Source of the DNA: a virus
Taxonomy: Duplodnaviria > Caudoviricetes
Strand: one strand, 5' to 3'
Length of the DNA stretch: 64,000 bases
Virus record (IMG/VR): IMGVR_UViG_3300024259_001623
Position numbers and translations under genes: made by a program. Positions 29,372-39,568 of the stretch are shown one piece after another (position 1 is the first letter of the stretch; every line of letters begins with the position of its first letter). The notes under the pieces were generated by a model, which saw only the letters and a program-made list of their open reading frames with translations, was not told the DNA's origin and searched no databases.

Positions 29372-30154
29372 CTATATCGATAATCTTTTTTGGTTATTTA
29401 ATATTGTTTGTCTTTTTGTTACTTTTTCGTCTTCTTCGTCACCAACAACTTCTTCCTCAATATTCATAGGAAGCGCTCTAGGAAAAGCATTTTCTGATAA
29501 AATTCTTATTTTTCCGCTATTTACGTCTGCAATAATCTGTTTTTCTTCTTCATTAACTTCTCTATCTTCCATATACGCCTTTTTATAAATATAAAATAAA
29601 ACAGCATCAGCATCTTTCAAACTTTGAACCTTTTCAGCCATTTTAACGTTTTTATTAAAATCATCTCTGTCTTCGTAATTAGAAATTAACTGACTAGGTT
29701 GCTTATTATCAATGATCTTAGTTGTCATACCTAACATCTGATCTCCAACATATTTATCCCAAAATTCAGTATCTCTTTTATCTGACTGTTCTGCTTTAAC
29801 AAATTCTTTTTCATATTTTTTATCTTGAGGTATAGAATAATCCTGTAAAGGAGTGTTTTCCATAGCATCACTTCTTACTTCCATATCATTAATAGTCTTG
29901 TCTTTTCTATTCATAGCTGCTTCAGTTATCTCGTCACCACTATTAGATTCTCTATTCTTCTCTAATAATTTTTGATAAGTCTCGTCACCAGATGGATCTT
30001 TTCGGGTTTCTTTTAATCTATATTCATAATTACCAGAATCATCTGTTGATTCGATTCCCATAGACTTACTCTGGTCCTGCAACCTAGTTTCTACTTGATC
30101 TATGTATCCTTCTGCGTGTTTTTTTAAATTAAATTTTCCCATTTCGATCTCCAT
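29372..30154 (-). CDS. Hypothetical protein with T/Y-E-x-x-L repeats
   Basis: MGKFNLKKHA near the start. VETRL, YEYRL, YQKLL and ITEAAM resemble the scaffold ITEKQL repeats. Confidence 0.6.
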   Translation of the reverse strand: MEIEMGKFNLKKHAEGYIDQVETRLQDQSKSMGIESTDDSGNYEYRLKETRKDPSGDETYQKLLEKNRESNSGDEITEAAMNRKDKTINDMEVRSDAMENTPLQDYSIPQDKKYEKEFVKAEQSDKRDTEFWDKYVGDQMLGMTTKIIDNKQPSQLISNYEDRDDFNKNVKMAEKVQSLKDADAVLFYIYKKAYMEDREVNEEEKQIIADVNSGKIRILSENAFPRALPMNIEEEVVGDEEDEKVTKRQTILNNQKRLSI

Positions 30155-30184
30155 TTTAAAACACTTCTCTTCTAAAGTGATTAA

Positions 30185-30211
30185 ATACTATTTAAATTAA
30201 TTTTTACCTTT
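30185..30211 (-). promoter_or_regulatory. Candidate phage late promoter (AAAGG-N16-TAGTAT)
   Basis: Lies just after the terL stop and matches the recurring motif. Confidence 0.45.
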
Positions 30212-30215
30212 GTTT

Positions 30216-32108
30216 TTATCTCTTTAATTTCCAAGCCTGCCTCATCTCTAAAGCTTTGGCAACTTGCTGTCCATTCCCTGTTCCAATAGGACCACTCATA
30301 GATTTCCAAGTTATATTATTAGTAGAATTGCCAACAGTAACCAATCTACCAGTTGGTAAATGCTGAACAGAACTTTTTATAGCATTATATGTAGCCCCAG
30401 CCAAAGCATCAACTAGATCATCCGTATTGATCTCACCCTCTCTCTTAGGATAAACTTTCCAACCAGAAGGATGAAGGAACTTTCTTTGCAGATTGGTCAT
30501 CTCACTCTTTAAGAAAGAATGAGGAGGAATGATAATTCTATTAGAAATAACCAAATTATATAATTCTGAATATATAGACATTTTGTATTTATTTGTAAAT
30601 CTAGTCAATTTAGAGGGAATACCTTTAGACCTCATTTTCAGAATACTTCTAGCAGAATCCCATTGATCATATGTAACCATTCCGAAATAGAATCTTTTTT
30701 TCAAATTAATAACATAATCATCAACTTCTTCTACCTTAATAGGCTGGCCAGCAGTAGGATGCCAGAATTTGATATGATCAACTTTTATTTTAAAATCATT
30801 TTGTTTTGCTGCTTCATTATAAAACATTTCTTTATGCACAATTGCTAAAGCATAATTATGACTAGAAGTTGCAGGGTCAAGATGGGCAAAATAGACTCTA
30901 CCAGGCTCCCCTGTATTTCTGAATGATATTCTCATATCAAAAGCATCATCTACGTCCTGTCTAGGGAAGAAACTTTCTCCACCAGTACCACTAAACTCTG
31001 CCCCAAATTCCATCATAAACTGTTCTTCTGTCATATGACTATTATCTCTTCTCAAAGATTCTTCTGTCAATGATGGGCTAACAACCCAAGTCGGAAGCTT
31101 ACATGACAATCTACTTCTAACTTGAGAAGAGTTCTGAAACAGGTCATAGAATATACCATCTTCGCCTCTAGGGGAAGATATACTTATAATCTTAGAATCA
31201 TATATATGCTCCATTCTAGGACTGCCACTTTCGTCGTAAACGATTTTTCCTTGTTCATCTGTCATAACAACATCTCTACCATATGTTGCTAGTGCTGGCG
31301 ACATAGCGGTATATATACGTTCGCCAGAAGAAGATCCTCCTGTTCTTTTATAAGATGCGACTTCATCTAACAATAGAACAAAAACACCTTTTCCCAATAA
31401 TGAGTCAGAGTTACTATGACCAACTTCTATATGAATAGATCCCTTAGATGGGGGAAGATTATTATCTTTCAAGATTTTATTATCTAATCTATCTTTTGGA
31501 GTTAATAAACATATTTTATTAGCTTCAAGTCCATCTCGTCCGATTTTATCTATAAAGTACTTACTCCCTATTACTTTATCTTTTATTTCATTAAATGCAG
31601 TAGTTGCCTGATCTTTAGCTGTAGCAATTGTTAAAATACATATTGGAGCGGCAGAAGATAGGTTATATATAGCATATGGATCTCCACCTTCACATTCTAA
31701 CAATCTTAATGCTTCATATAAGGCTATAATAGAAGATAAAAAGTCCTTGCCTGATCTACGGCCCCATACAAGAACCAATTCTCTAAAAATATCTTTGGTA
31801 AAATACTTATTTAAAAGACCGCCTTTTTCTTCAGTATCCATGCCATGCTCTTTACATAGCTCTATCTCTTCTTCTGTCAAAGATAAATGTTCATTACCAG
31901 CAGAGCCACGATAAAAAGCCTTCAAAGTTATTCTTTGGAACGGTCTTAATTCTATCTTTTTAGATGTTAATCCAAGATAATCATCACTTTCACAAAATGT
32001 TATTATATCAGGAATATATTTGGTATTTCCTATATTGCTATCTAATATTATATCATCTTTCATATTGTCCAAAAGATCTGATATTTTCTTTGTTTTTTTT
32101 CTTGGCAT
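30216..32108 (-). CDS. terL: Terminase large subunit
   Basis: Walker A WGRRSGKD, Walker B LLLDEV, motif III SISSP, RNase H-type nuclease AHLDPA...YDQW...DDLVDALAGA. Confidence 0.93.
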   Translation of the reverse strand: MPRKKTKKISDLLDNMKDDIILDSNIGNTKYIPDIITFCESDDYLGLTSKKIELRPFQRITLKAFYRGSAGNEHLSLTEEEIELCKEHGMDTEEKGGLLNKYFTKDIFRELVLVWGRRSGKDFLSSIIALYEALRLLECEGGDPYAIYNLSSAAPICILTIATAKDQATTAFNEIKDKVIGSKYFIDKIGRDGLEANKICLLTPKDRLDNKILKDNNLPPSKGSIHIEVGHSNSDSLLGKGVFVLLLDEVASYKRTGGSSSGERIYTAMSPALATYGRDVVMTDEQGKIVYDESGSPRMEHIYDSKIISISSPRGEDGIFYDLFQNSSQVRSRLSCKLPTWVVSPSLTEESLRRDNSHMTEEQFMMEFGAEFSGTGGESFFPRQDVDDAFDMRISFRNTGEPGRVYFAHLDPATSSHNYALAIVHKEMFYNEAAKQNDFKIKVDHIKFWHPTAGQPIKVEEVDDYVINLKKRFYFGMVTYDQWDSARSILKMRSKGIPSKLTRFTNKYKMSIYSELYNLVISNRIIIPPHSFLKSEMTNLQRKFLHPSGWKVYPKREGEINTDDLVDALAGATYNAIKSSVQHLPTGRLVTVGNSTNNITWKSMSGPIGTGNGQQVAKALEMRQAWKLKR

Positions 32109-32110
32109 AA

Positions 32111-32818
32111 TTAAACCTTAGTTATATTAAGTATCAAATCTCCAGAGCTTATCCATTTTATATTATAATCAGTCCCACCAATAGTATCACTTATCGACTC
32201 ATTAGCTGATGTAAAAACATGACTACTTACTGCAACTGCTGAATTCCACTCTATTAAATTTGAATTCTTTGTTATTTCTATATCAACTCCACTTAATTCC
32301 AATGTTGCTGAACCACTATTAGTAGAAATCAATTCCACATAAAAACCACTTACTGTGCTTGGGACAACAATAGTATTATTTTTGACTAATCCTAAAATCG
32401 AATCTTCATAATCTATATTAGCGTCGTCTATAGAATATCCCAACTCATTAGACAATTGAGCAAATAATACATCTACCAAAATAGATTTATTACTCAAAAA
32501 ATCATTGATAGCTCCATAATGAGTTATAATATTTTTTTGTATTCTAACAACAATCTTGTCTAGCAATGATGTATTTTTAAAATAGATATCCAAGCTATCT
32601 GTAGCAGACTCTCCAACGGTCCCAGCATATTCAAAAGCGTATGGAGCTAAGAAATCTTGAGGAGCAGCATTCAACTCATCTATCACATTATACATATTAT
32701 TCAAAATATTTAATTCATTTCTTCTGAATTGCCCTATCAAATCGGTTATCTCTTCATAAAAATCTGGATTAGTTATATTTTTAGGACAGATATCAGAAAC
32801 AGGATTAGTACTTGCCAT
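32111..32818 (-). CDS. Hypothetical structural protein
   Basis: 235-aa ORF between the multidomain protein and terL. Confidence 0.6.
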   Translation of the reverse strand: MASTNPVSDICPKNITNPDFYEEITDLIGQFRRNELNILNNMYNVIDELNAAPQDFLAPYAFEYAGTVGESATDSLDIYFKNTSLLDKIVVRIQKNIITHYGAINDFLSNKSILVDVLFAQLSNELGYSIDDANIDYEDSILGLVKNNTIVVPSTVSGFYVELISTNSGSATLELSGVDIEITKNSNLIEWNSAVAVSSHVFTSANESISDTIGGTDYNIKWISSGDLILNITKV

Positions 32819-32826
32819 TATAACTC

Positions 32827-35800
32827 CTATGTATATATAACCTGTTTTTTAATCCTAAAATCACCAATAAAACTATCTGTTTTTTGACGGATTCTGAAAT
32901 AATAAACTTGGCCTCTTGTTAAAAAATCGTTTGTCACACTATTGTATCTTATTCTCATGTTAACAAACTCGGTCGTAACTCCGCCAGCGGGGAAATCTTC
33001 AAACACATTAAATTCTTTTTCATATTGCCAGCCAGCTATACTTTTAGTTGTATCTATTGTGTCAATAATAGTAGAAAAATCTATAGAATCAGATACTTCT
33101 AAATCAAAATTATAAACAGCATATTCTCCCAACTCGTCTAAAATAATATCTTCATATGTCCAGAATCCCTCGCTATAATACAAAGAACTAGGTAAAACAC
33201 TTGTCACATCATTATGGACACCTATATATAATTCACTTATATCATAGCCATTTTGCTCTAAAAAGTCTTCAAAACTAACTACTTGTTCATCTGGCTGGCT
33301 ATTTATGTTAGGAACCACGACTTGTGAAGCGTAATCAAACAGACCCCTTAAAGGATCGCTCATCCTGTAAATACGCTGGTCGGTATTGGTCGCAATAGAT
33401 AAATCGCTAACTGAACTAAGTAAATCTATTTCTGTTGCCATATTAGTGCTACAGCATATTTCATTTTTCAAAGTTATACCGTTTATCTCTTTACCCCAAT
33501 GATTCCCCATCATTTTCGCAGTTAAGATATTTAAATTATTCCATATATCTGATTCATTTATATCTTTATCATCTACTAAAGAAGATTCGCTATTTTCTGG
33601 GAAAGCAAACGTTGCTAATGGATCTCCTATAAGAGTATTCGTCCAATTTAAAAATGGTTCACTCAATAAGTATGCCTCTCCCAATTTCGCTCCTGCATTA
33701 ATAGCCTTAAAGAAAGGATCAGGTCTTAGAAAACCAGAGATAGTAGGATTAGACAAAGCCCCAGCAATACCTACATATCCAGCAGAGATAGCCAATGGAG
33801 CAAAATTACCATCATCAAAACTTCTTAATGTAGAAGCGCTATCAAAATCAGCATTGTAGAAAAATGCTCTGGCAGTATCGGTGCTTTTAAAATATGATTG
33901 AGTCGTTCTGTCAGTGAACCATCCCCAATAAAAAGAATCATGTTGCAAAAATGGAGTTACAACATCTATATTGCTACTAATATATTTTGTAGTAGATACT
34001 TCTGATACGTTCAATTTTAACAATAAATTATTTTGGAATGATACCAGGTCTTCTGTATACTGAACAGCAGCATCAATATCTTCTGGGATAACCAGACCTT
34101 GAGTAAGTAGATACCCAAGAGGAAAATATCCAGGAGCAAAATATCCATCTGGAAAATATAAATTTGTAGAGCTAGTAGCGTTTGAATCTGCTGCTGATCC
34201 CGAACCAGACTCTAAATTGGAATAAGCATCAAAATAAAATCTTCCATTAGCAAAATATTGGTTTCTTAATTCATCACCGAATTTTATAAGTTTTTTAGCT
34301 TCTTCCAAGGTTGGGCCATCTATTCTAGAACAAATTATCGCATCAGAAAAATCACTCGTAGTCAAAACATAAGGATTTCTTCTATTATATAAGAAATTAT
34401 TTTCTTTCTTGCTATAAGTAAAATTAATTTTTGATATTCTAGACGTAGAAGATATAATATCATTTCCATCTATAAACCCACCTGGAACATTATATCCTAA
34501 AATAACGACATTGATACTAGTCAATGAACCATCGATGGCAGTCTTAATTGTATCCTCAACTTCATCTTGAAAATCTTCGTAACTATCTAATATCTCATCA
34601 GAACTACAATCGACAGCCAATTTGGTCACATTAAAATCATAATATTTTTCTACATATAAATCTGCTAATGCTTCGCTTTCTGCATCATCTCCCTTATAAA
34701 CGAAAAGAACATTATAGTCTGGATCTTCAATTAATTCTACATCAAATATTTGACTACCTTCTCCTACATAAGTTATTCTATATAGATCTCCATTAGCTAA
34801 TCTTTCTATAGAATCACCAGACGTATCAAAAATATGTGGAGACGATCCCCCAGAATTCCAATATAGCTTTGAATTTCTATCCTCTATTGTAAAAGATTGT
34901 CCAGATAAAGAGATAGAAGCAATTGTCCCTTCATCGCTTAAAAATCTCACTCTGGTAATTCTAATATTTTTTTCATCCTCATTTATACTTAACTCTTTAT
35001 TAACAGAAACAATTCTAGACAATGTTGTTCTTAAATCAGTTGCATTTTCTGGAGATCCATTTGAAGAATAAGCTGTAAATAATGTTATATAGCCCGTGCT
35101 AAAAGCCCTAAAAGAATATTCTTCCCCCGGCAATAAAATATTTTCTAGTATTCCATCAGATGTTAAATTATTAAAAAGATAAGAGTCTATAATAGAAGCC
35201 CCTCCCTCTTCAAGTCTGTATGCATCACAAGTATAAATCCAACCTTCTGGACTTGTCGGCATATTAGACACATCTAATCTAATATAATCTCCCTCTTTAG
35301 CATAAAAAGTATAAAATCTAAAATCATCACTCTCGTCTTCAAGATTAGCAGGGCCTGGGACCGTAGACTCAACAATTTTATTAGAAAATATATTTGGAAT
35401 TTCATCAAGCCTAAAATTATCATCTCTTATACCGGGGATACCGGCAGATATCAAAGACAAACTAAAAGCTGGTCTGGCTTTATCAACAGCTCCAACGGTA
35501 GTCTTTGATGGAGTATAAGTTACTGTAGAATCATCTATTTCTACAGTAAAATGTCTTTGCCATGTTGGAGTCCCAGTATCAACAATTTGTAAAGGAACTA
35601 TTTTTTCAGTTTCGCCTGGCAAAAATGTTAATATGGCTGGCGAATCAACAATAAAATCAACTCCATTCACAGCGGTGTCATCAATCACATTATAAGTTAT
35701 CTGTATACTATCATAATTTTCATTAGAAGAATCTATAGAAGTTTGATCTAATCTAAAAATAATTCCATCATCAGCAAATTTTAAAGATGTATCATTAATA

Positions 35801-37191
35801 TTATTATCAGTTGATAATAATAATATATCAAATTCTATTTGTTTAGGATGAACTCCATTTGGAAAAGGATCTGCCCCATAAGCTGCTTGAGTCTTACCAA
35901 AAATGAAGTCCATATGAGTAGTCAATGGATAAGTTTTAGCAGGTGCACCGACATGACATGTAGCAGGATTATTTACAAGCCAAGTTGTGCCTCCTCCCAA
36001 ATCAATTCTTTCTACATCAAACGCCAATGCTAATTTATGATCATTTCCGATAGTACATCCTGTAGCCCCTTCATTATCAGCAGCAACAGCTAAAACAGGA
36101 ATATGAAAATATCTTTGTACTTCTTGATCCATTCTTTGTTCATATTTATACCATCCTTCTTTATTACTTATGTATGCTGGACCAATTGCAGTTCCTTCAA
36201 CTGCCCACCCTGCTGCCGCATAATCTCTCAATGTTTTCATTAAATCAAAAGTTCCGATACCACCCATCGAAAAACCAGTTACATAAATTTTAGAAGTATC
36301 TATTTTATAATCAGCATTTGCAATAAGACTAATCAATAATGATCTAATAGCTGAACAATAATAACCATTTTCTAAAATAGAAGTCTGATTATGAAATGGG
36401 ACTTCTTGAGCGCCATCATCTCCCCAGGGGTAATAATTAGAACTTGATGGTATAATAGTACTAGACGGAGTAGTAGTAATAGGCATTGGAGCAACAGAAA
36501 AACATTTATAAGCTGGAGTCATAAAATGATTCGCAAAATATAAACTAGAAAAAGCAACATTCGGTTCTATCTGTTTTGTATTTGCCAAATACTCAGACAT
36601 AGTATCCCCGACACCACCAGTACCTGGTTCATAAATAATAATTGGATACGTAGTGGCTTGATTAGAATCATAATCTTTTGGGAATAAAAATCTATATGGT
36701 AAAAAACCATCCGTAGGATATCCAGTTCCTCCCCCAAAATCATAGAAAAATGATTCATGACCATAAAATGTGTCAGTACCAGTCCAAAATATATCTTGAA
36801 AATTAGCAGGATCGCTACCAGTGATATCTAAAACTACCCACGCATATCTTCTAGCTTTTTCTTGAGTAAAATCCGCTTCAACACCATCAGACATCGCCTG
36901 AAAATCAGTTAAACGACGAAAACCAGTAAAGATGGAATCATCAAAAACATCCGAGGCCCAATAAGCCACAGCAGCACTAACAGCAGTTGTTCCTCCAGCA
37001 AAAGTTATAGTAACTCTATGAAACATTAATTCATTATCAGACCCAGCATCGATAGATGGAGATACTAAATAATCAGTTCCTCCATATGAATATGTAAACC
37101 AATCACCATATCCAGGTGAAGTAACCCCATCAGCAGGATTCGCCTGAGAAAAAGTAGTTTCATTAGCAGAAAACGGTCTTGTAATAGCCAT
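32827..37191 (-). CDS. 1454-aa multidomain protein: alpha/beta-hydrolase + Calx-beta + TIGR03790-like domain
   Basis: IYVTGFSMGGIGT (GxSxG). TAVNGVDF...LTFLPGETEKIVPLQIVD (Calx-beta). ESEALADLY...SRIDGPT...YWGW...GAKLGEAYLLSEPFLNWTNTLIGDPL (TIGR03790-like). Confidence 0.7.
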   Translation of the reverse strand: MAITRPFSANETTFSQANPADGVTSPGYGDWFTYSYGGTDYLVSPSIDAGSDNELMFHRVTITFAGGTTAVSAAVAYWASDVFDDSIFTGFRRLTDFQAMSDGVEADFTQEKARRYAWVVLDITGSDPANFQDIFWTGTDTFYGHESFFYDFGGGTGYPTDGFLPYRFLFPKDYDSNQATTYPIIIYEPGTGGVGDTMSEYLANTKQIEPNVAFSSLYFANHFMTPAYKCFSVAPMPITTTPSSTIIPSSSNYYPWGDDGAQEVPFHNQTSILENGYYCSAIRSLLISLIANADYKIDTSKIYVTGFSMGGIGTFDLMKTLRDYAAAGWAVEGTAIGPAYISNKEGWYKYEQRMDQEVQRYFHIPVLAVAADNEGATGCTIGNDHKLALAFDVERIDLGGGTTWLVNNPATCHVGAPAKTYPLTTHMDFIFGKTQAAYGADPFPNGVHPKQIEFDILLLSTDNNINDTSLKFADDGIIFRLDQTSIDSSNENYDSIQITYNVIDDTAVNGVDFIVDSPAILTFLPGETEKIVPLQIVDTGTPTWQRHFTVEIDDSTVTYTPSKTTVGAVDKARPAFSLSLISAGIPGIRDDNFRLDEIPNIFSNKIVESTVPGPANLEDESDDFRFYTFYAKEGDYIRLDVSNMPTSPEGWIYTCDAYRLEEGGASIIDSYLFNNLTSDGILENILLPGEEYSFRAFSTGYITLFTAYSSNGSPENATDLRTTLSRIVSVNKELSINEDEKNIRITRVRFLSDEGTIASISLSGQSFTIEDRNSKLYWNSGGSSPHIFDTSGDSIERLANGDLYRITYVGEGSQIFDVELIEDPDYNVLFVYKGDDAESEALADLYVEKYYDFNVTKLAVDCSSDEILDSYEDFQDEVEDTIKTAIDGSLTSINVVILGYNVPGGFIDGNDIISSTSRISKINFTYSKKENNFLYNRRNPYVLTTSDFSDAIICSRIDGPTLEEAKKLIKFGDELRNQYFANGRFYFDAYSNLESGSGSAADSNATSSTNLYFPDGYFAPGYFPLGYLLTQGLVIPEDIDAAVQYTEDLVSFQNNLLLKLNVSEVSTTKYISSNIDVVTPFLQHDSFYWGWFTDRTTQSYFKSTDTARAFFYNADFDSASTLRSFDDGNFAPLAISAGYVGIAGALSNPTISGFLRPDPFFKAINAGAKLGEAYLLSEPFLNWTNTLIGDPLATFAFPENSESSLVDDKDINESDIWNNLNILTAKMMGNHWGKEINGITLKNEICCSTNMATEIDLLSSVSDLSIATNTDQRIYRMSDPLRGLFDYASQVVVPNINSQPDEQVVSFEDFLEQNGYDISELYIGVHNDVTSVLPSSLYYSEGFWTYEDIILDELGEYAVYNFDLEVSDSIDFSTIIDTIDTTKSIAGWQYEKEFNVFEDFPAGGVTTEFVNMRIRYNSVTNDFLTRGQVYYFRIRQKTDSFIGDFRIKKQVIYT

Positions 37192-37311
37192 AATTATTCC
37201 ATATTTACATTGTCTAGTTAATCTTTATATTTTAAAAAAAATACATAATTACCTTTTTATTATCGTAAATTAACGATATATAAGTACTGGACCACACAAA
37301 AGGAGAATAAA

Positions 37312-38463
37312 ATGAAAGTCTTCACATCTGGTTGTTTTGATGTCATGCATAGCGGACATATCAATTTTTTAACAAAAGCATCAAAATATGGAGAATTGTA
37401 TGTTGCCGTAGGATCAGACAGAACTATCGAATCACTAAAAGGTAGAAAACCCATAAATAATGAAAGAGAAAGACTATATATGGTAAACTCTCTTAATTGC
37501 GTCAAAGAAGCCTTTATATCATCTGGCGATGGGATATTAGATTTTCAAAAAGAAATTAGAACAATAGAACCTCATATTTTTATTGTTAATAATGACGGTA
37601 ACTATAAAGAAAAAAGAGATTTATGTGAACAATTAGGAATTGAATATCTTGTTTTAGAAAGAGATGTGATTATGACAACCGAGCCTAAAAGCTCAACTCA
37701 TATAATATCTAAGAGTAATATCCCATTTAGAATAGATATGTCTGGAGGGTGGCTAGATCAGCCCTTTGTGTCAAAGTATTACCCAGGATGCGTAACAACC
37801 ATAAGTATAGAACCAATTATAGAATTTAATAATAGAAGCGGAATGGCTTCAAGCACAAGAAAAACTGCAATAGAATTATGGCAAAATGATATCCCATGCT
37901 GGAATAGCTTTGAAAGACTAGCAAAAATATTATTTTGCTGCGATAATCCTCCCGGCAAAAAAGAAATTTCTGGCTCTCAAGATGCAATAGGTATCACTAT
38001 ACCAGGAATAAATCGAGCGAACTATGATGGAGAATACTGGCCAGAAAGTATAGAATCTATCAACGATGACAAAACTATCAACTGGCTAGAAGATATCATA
38101 AAGATAATACCTTTGTGCCCAAGAAGTTATGATTATAATGTTCTATCGAACACAGACATAACCGAAGAACATGCACAAAAATTATCATATGCGTCTAACA
38201 AATGCTGGAAAGCAATGAAAAATAGAAAATTAGACTTATTAGGCAAATGGATGATAAATTCTTTTAAGAGTCAAATAAAAATGTTTCCTAGTATGATTAA
38301 CGACGATATACAAACCATTATAGACAAATATTCTGATTTGATGTGCGGATACAAGATATCTGGAGCAGGGGGAGGGGGATATATTATAGCTGTGTCAGAT
38401 AAACCTATACCAGACTCTATAAGTATAAAAATAAGAAGAAAACAACATTACGAAATATTATGA
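37312..38463 (+). CDS. Bifunctional nucleotidyltransferase (HIGH, RfaE domain II-like) + GHMP sugar kinase (HddA-like)
   Basis: GCFDVMHSGH and VAVGSD. RIDMSGGWLD, SGMASS, GSQD and KISGAGGGGY. Confidence 0.85.
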   Translation: MKVFTSGCFDVMHSGHINFLTKASKYGELYVAVGSDRTIESLKGRKPINNERERLYMVNSLNCVKEAFISSGDGILDFQKEIRTIEPHIFIVNNDGNYKEKRDLCEQLGIEYLVLERDVIMTTEPKSSTHIISKSNIPFRIDMSGGWLDQPFVSKYYPGCVTTISIEPIIEFNNRSGMASSTRKTAIELWQNDIPCWNSFERLAKILFCCDNPPGKKEISGSQDAIGITIPGINRANYDGEYWPESIESINDDKTINWLEDIIKIIPLCPRSYDYNVLSNTDITEEHAQKLSYASNKCWKAMKNRKLDLLGKWMINSFKSQIKMFPSMINDDIQTIIDKYSDLMCGYKISGAGGGGYIIAVSDKPIPDSISIKIRRKQHYEIL

Positions 38464-38724
38464 TTTTGTATGCTTACTGACCAACCTAGTAAAACAATCT
38501 GCCCATTCCCAATCATGAAAATTAGGAAGTTGGGCATTAGGAGTCAGTGCATGAGCTAATTCGTGTAAAAACATAGCAATATCTTGAGAACAATTTTCTA
38601 AAATATCAATTCTCTTTCTAGAATGCCAACACATATTACCACCAGTAGCTATTCTCAAAGTCCACCCGTCTAGATTGTACTCCGAGAATAGCTCTTCTGC
38701 GATTTTATTAATATCCATAATCAA
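38458..38724 (-). CDS. Small SprT-like HExxH metalloprotease domain protein
   Basis: FLHELAHAL...HDWEW. Confidence 0.6.
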   Translation of the reverse strand: MIMDINKIAEELFSEYNLDGWTLRIATGGNMCWHSRKRIDILENCSQDIAMFLHELAHALTPNAQLPNFHDWEWADCFTRLVSKHTKS

Positions 38725-39062
38725 ATGTCTTTGTTATATATTCTTTCTTCTATAATTGCCATTTTTTCTTTCAAAGCTTCTTCAACGTCTACGCCTAATC
38801 TTTTTGCTAGAATGACAGTAACGAATATAACATCTGCTACTTCTTTAGCTATATCTTTCTTGTCAAATTTAGCTAATTTCTCAGGTCTTTGATATCCTAA
38901 ATAAGAAAGAACCTGTTCAGCCAACTCTCCAGTCTCTTCATTCAGTTTACTTTCGGCCCAAAATATTTTCTCAACATCTGATGAAGTTGGATGAGCCTTA
39001 TCTAGTCTAGATATTTCCCATTCAATAAACTTTTCTACATCTTTTATACTCATTATATCCAT
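38721..39062 (-). CDS. MazG-like nucleotide pyrophosphohydrolase
   Basis: KLNEETGELAE...KEVADVIF...LGVDVEEA. Confidence 0.85.
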   Translation of the reverse strand: MDIMSIKDVEKFIEWEISRLDKAHPTSSDVEKIFWAESKLNEETGELAEQVLSYLGYQRPEKLAKFDKKDIAKEVADVIFVTVILAKRLGVDVEEALKEKMAIIEERIYNKDI

Positions 39063-39562
39063 TATACACCAGTGCTTCCGAAACCACCGCCTCCTCTTTC
39101 TGTTTCATCTAAATCATCGACTTCTTGTATATCAAATTGCTCGATCTTATTAACGACTCCTTGAGCAATTCTATCTCCCTTATTAATAACAAAATCTTCT
39201 TCGCCCAAATTAAAGATGATAATTTTTATCTCTCCACGATAATCGCTGTCGATAGTACCTGGAGAATTTGTAACCGTAATCTTATGTTTAAAAGATAATC
39301 CGCTTCTAGGGCGAACTTGTAATTCGTAACCTTCTGGAACAGCAACAGAAAGACCTGTATCAATAATCCGTTGCTTACCAGGCCCAACAATCTCAACAAT
39401 TTCCATTTCATCATTATCATCCAAACGAACAGGATTGACTCCATCTTCATCAGGTGTTATAACTGCATGAAAATCAAATCCAGCAGACCCCTTAGTTTGA
39501 TACTTCGGTATAACAGCTTCTTCATGCAACTTCTTAAACTTCAATTCCATTTTATTCTCCAT
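39062..39562 (-). CDS. dut: dUTPase (trimeric type)
   Basis: SAGFDF, RPRSGLS, PGTIDSDYRGEI, GDRIAQ, RGGGGFGSTG. Confidence 0.96.
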   Translation of the reverse strand: MENKMELKFKKLHEEAVIPKYQTKGSAGFDFHAVITPDEDGVNPVRLDDNDEMEIVEIVGPGKQRIIDTGLSVAVPEGYELQVRPRSGLSFKHKITVTNSPGTIDSDYRGEIKIIIFNLGEEDFVINKGDRIAQGVVNKIEQFDIQEVDDLDETERGGGGFGSTGV

Positions 39563-39568
39563 TAAATA

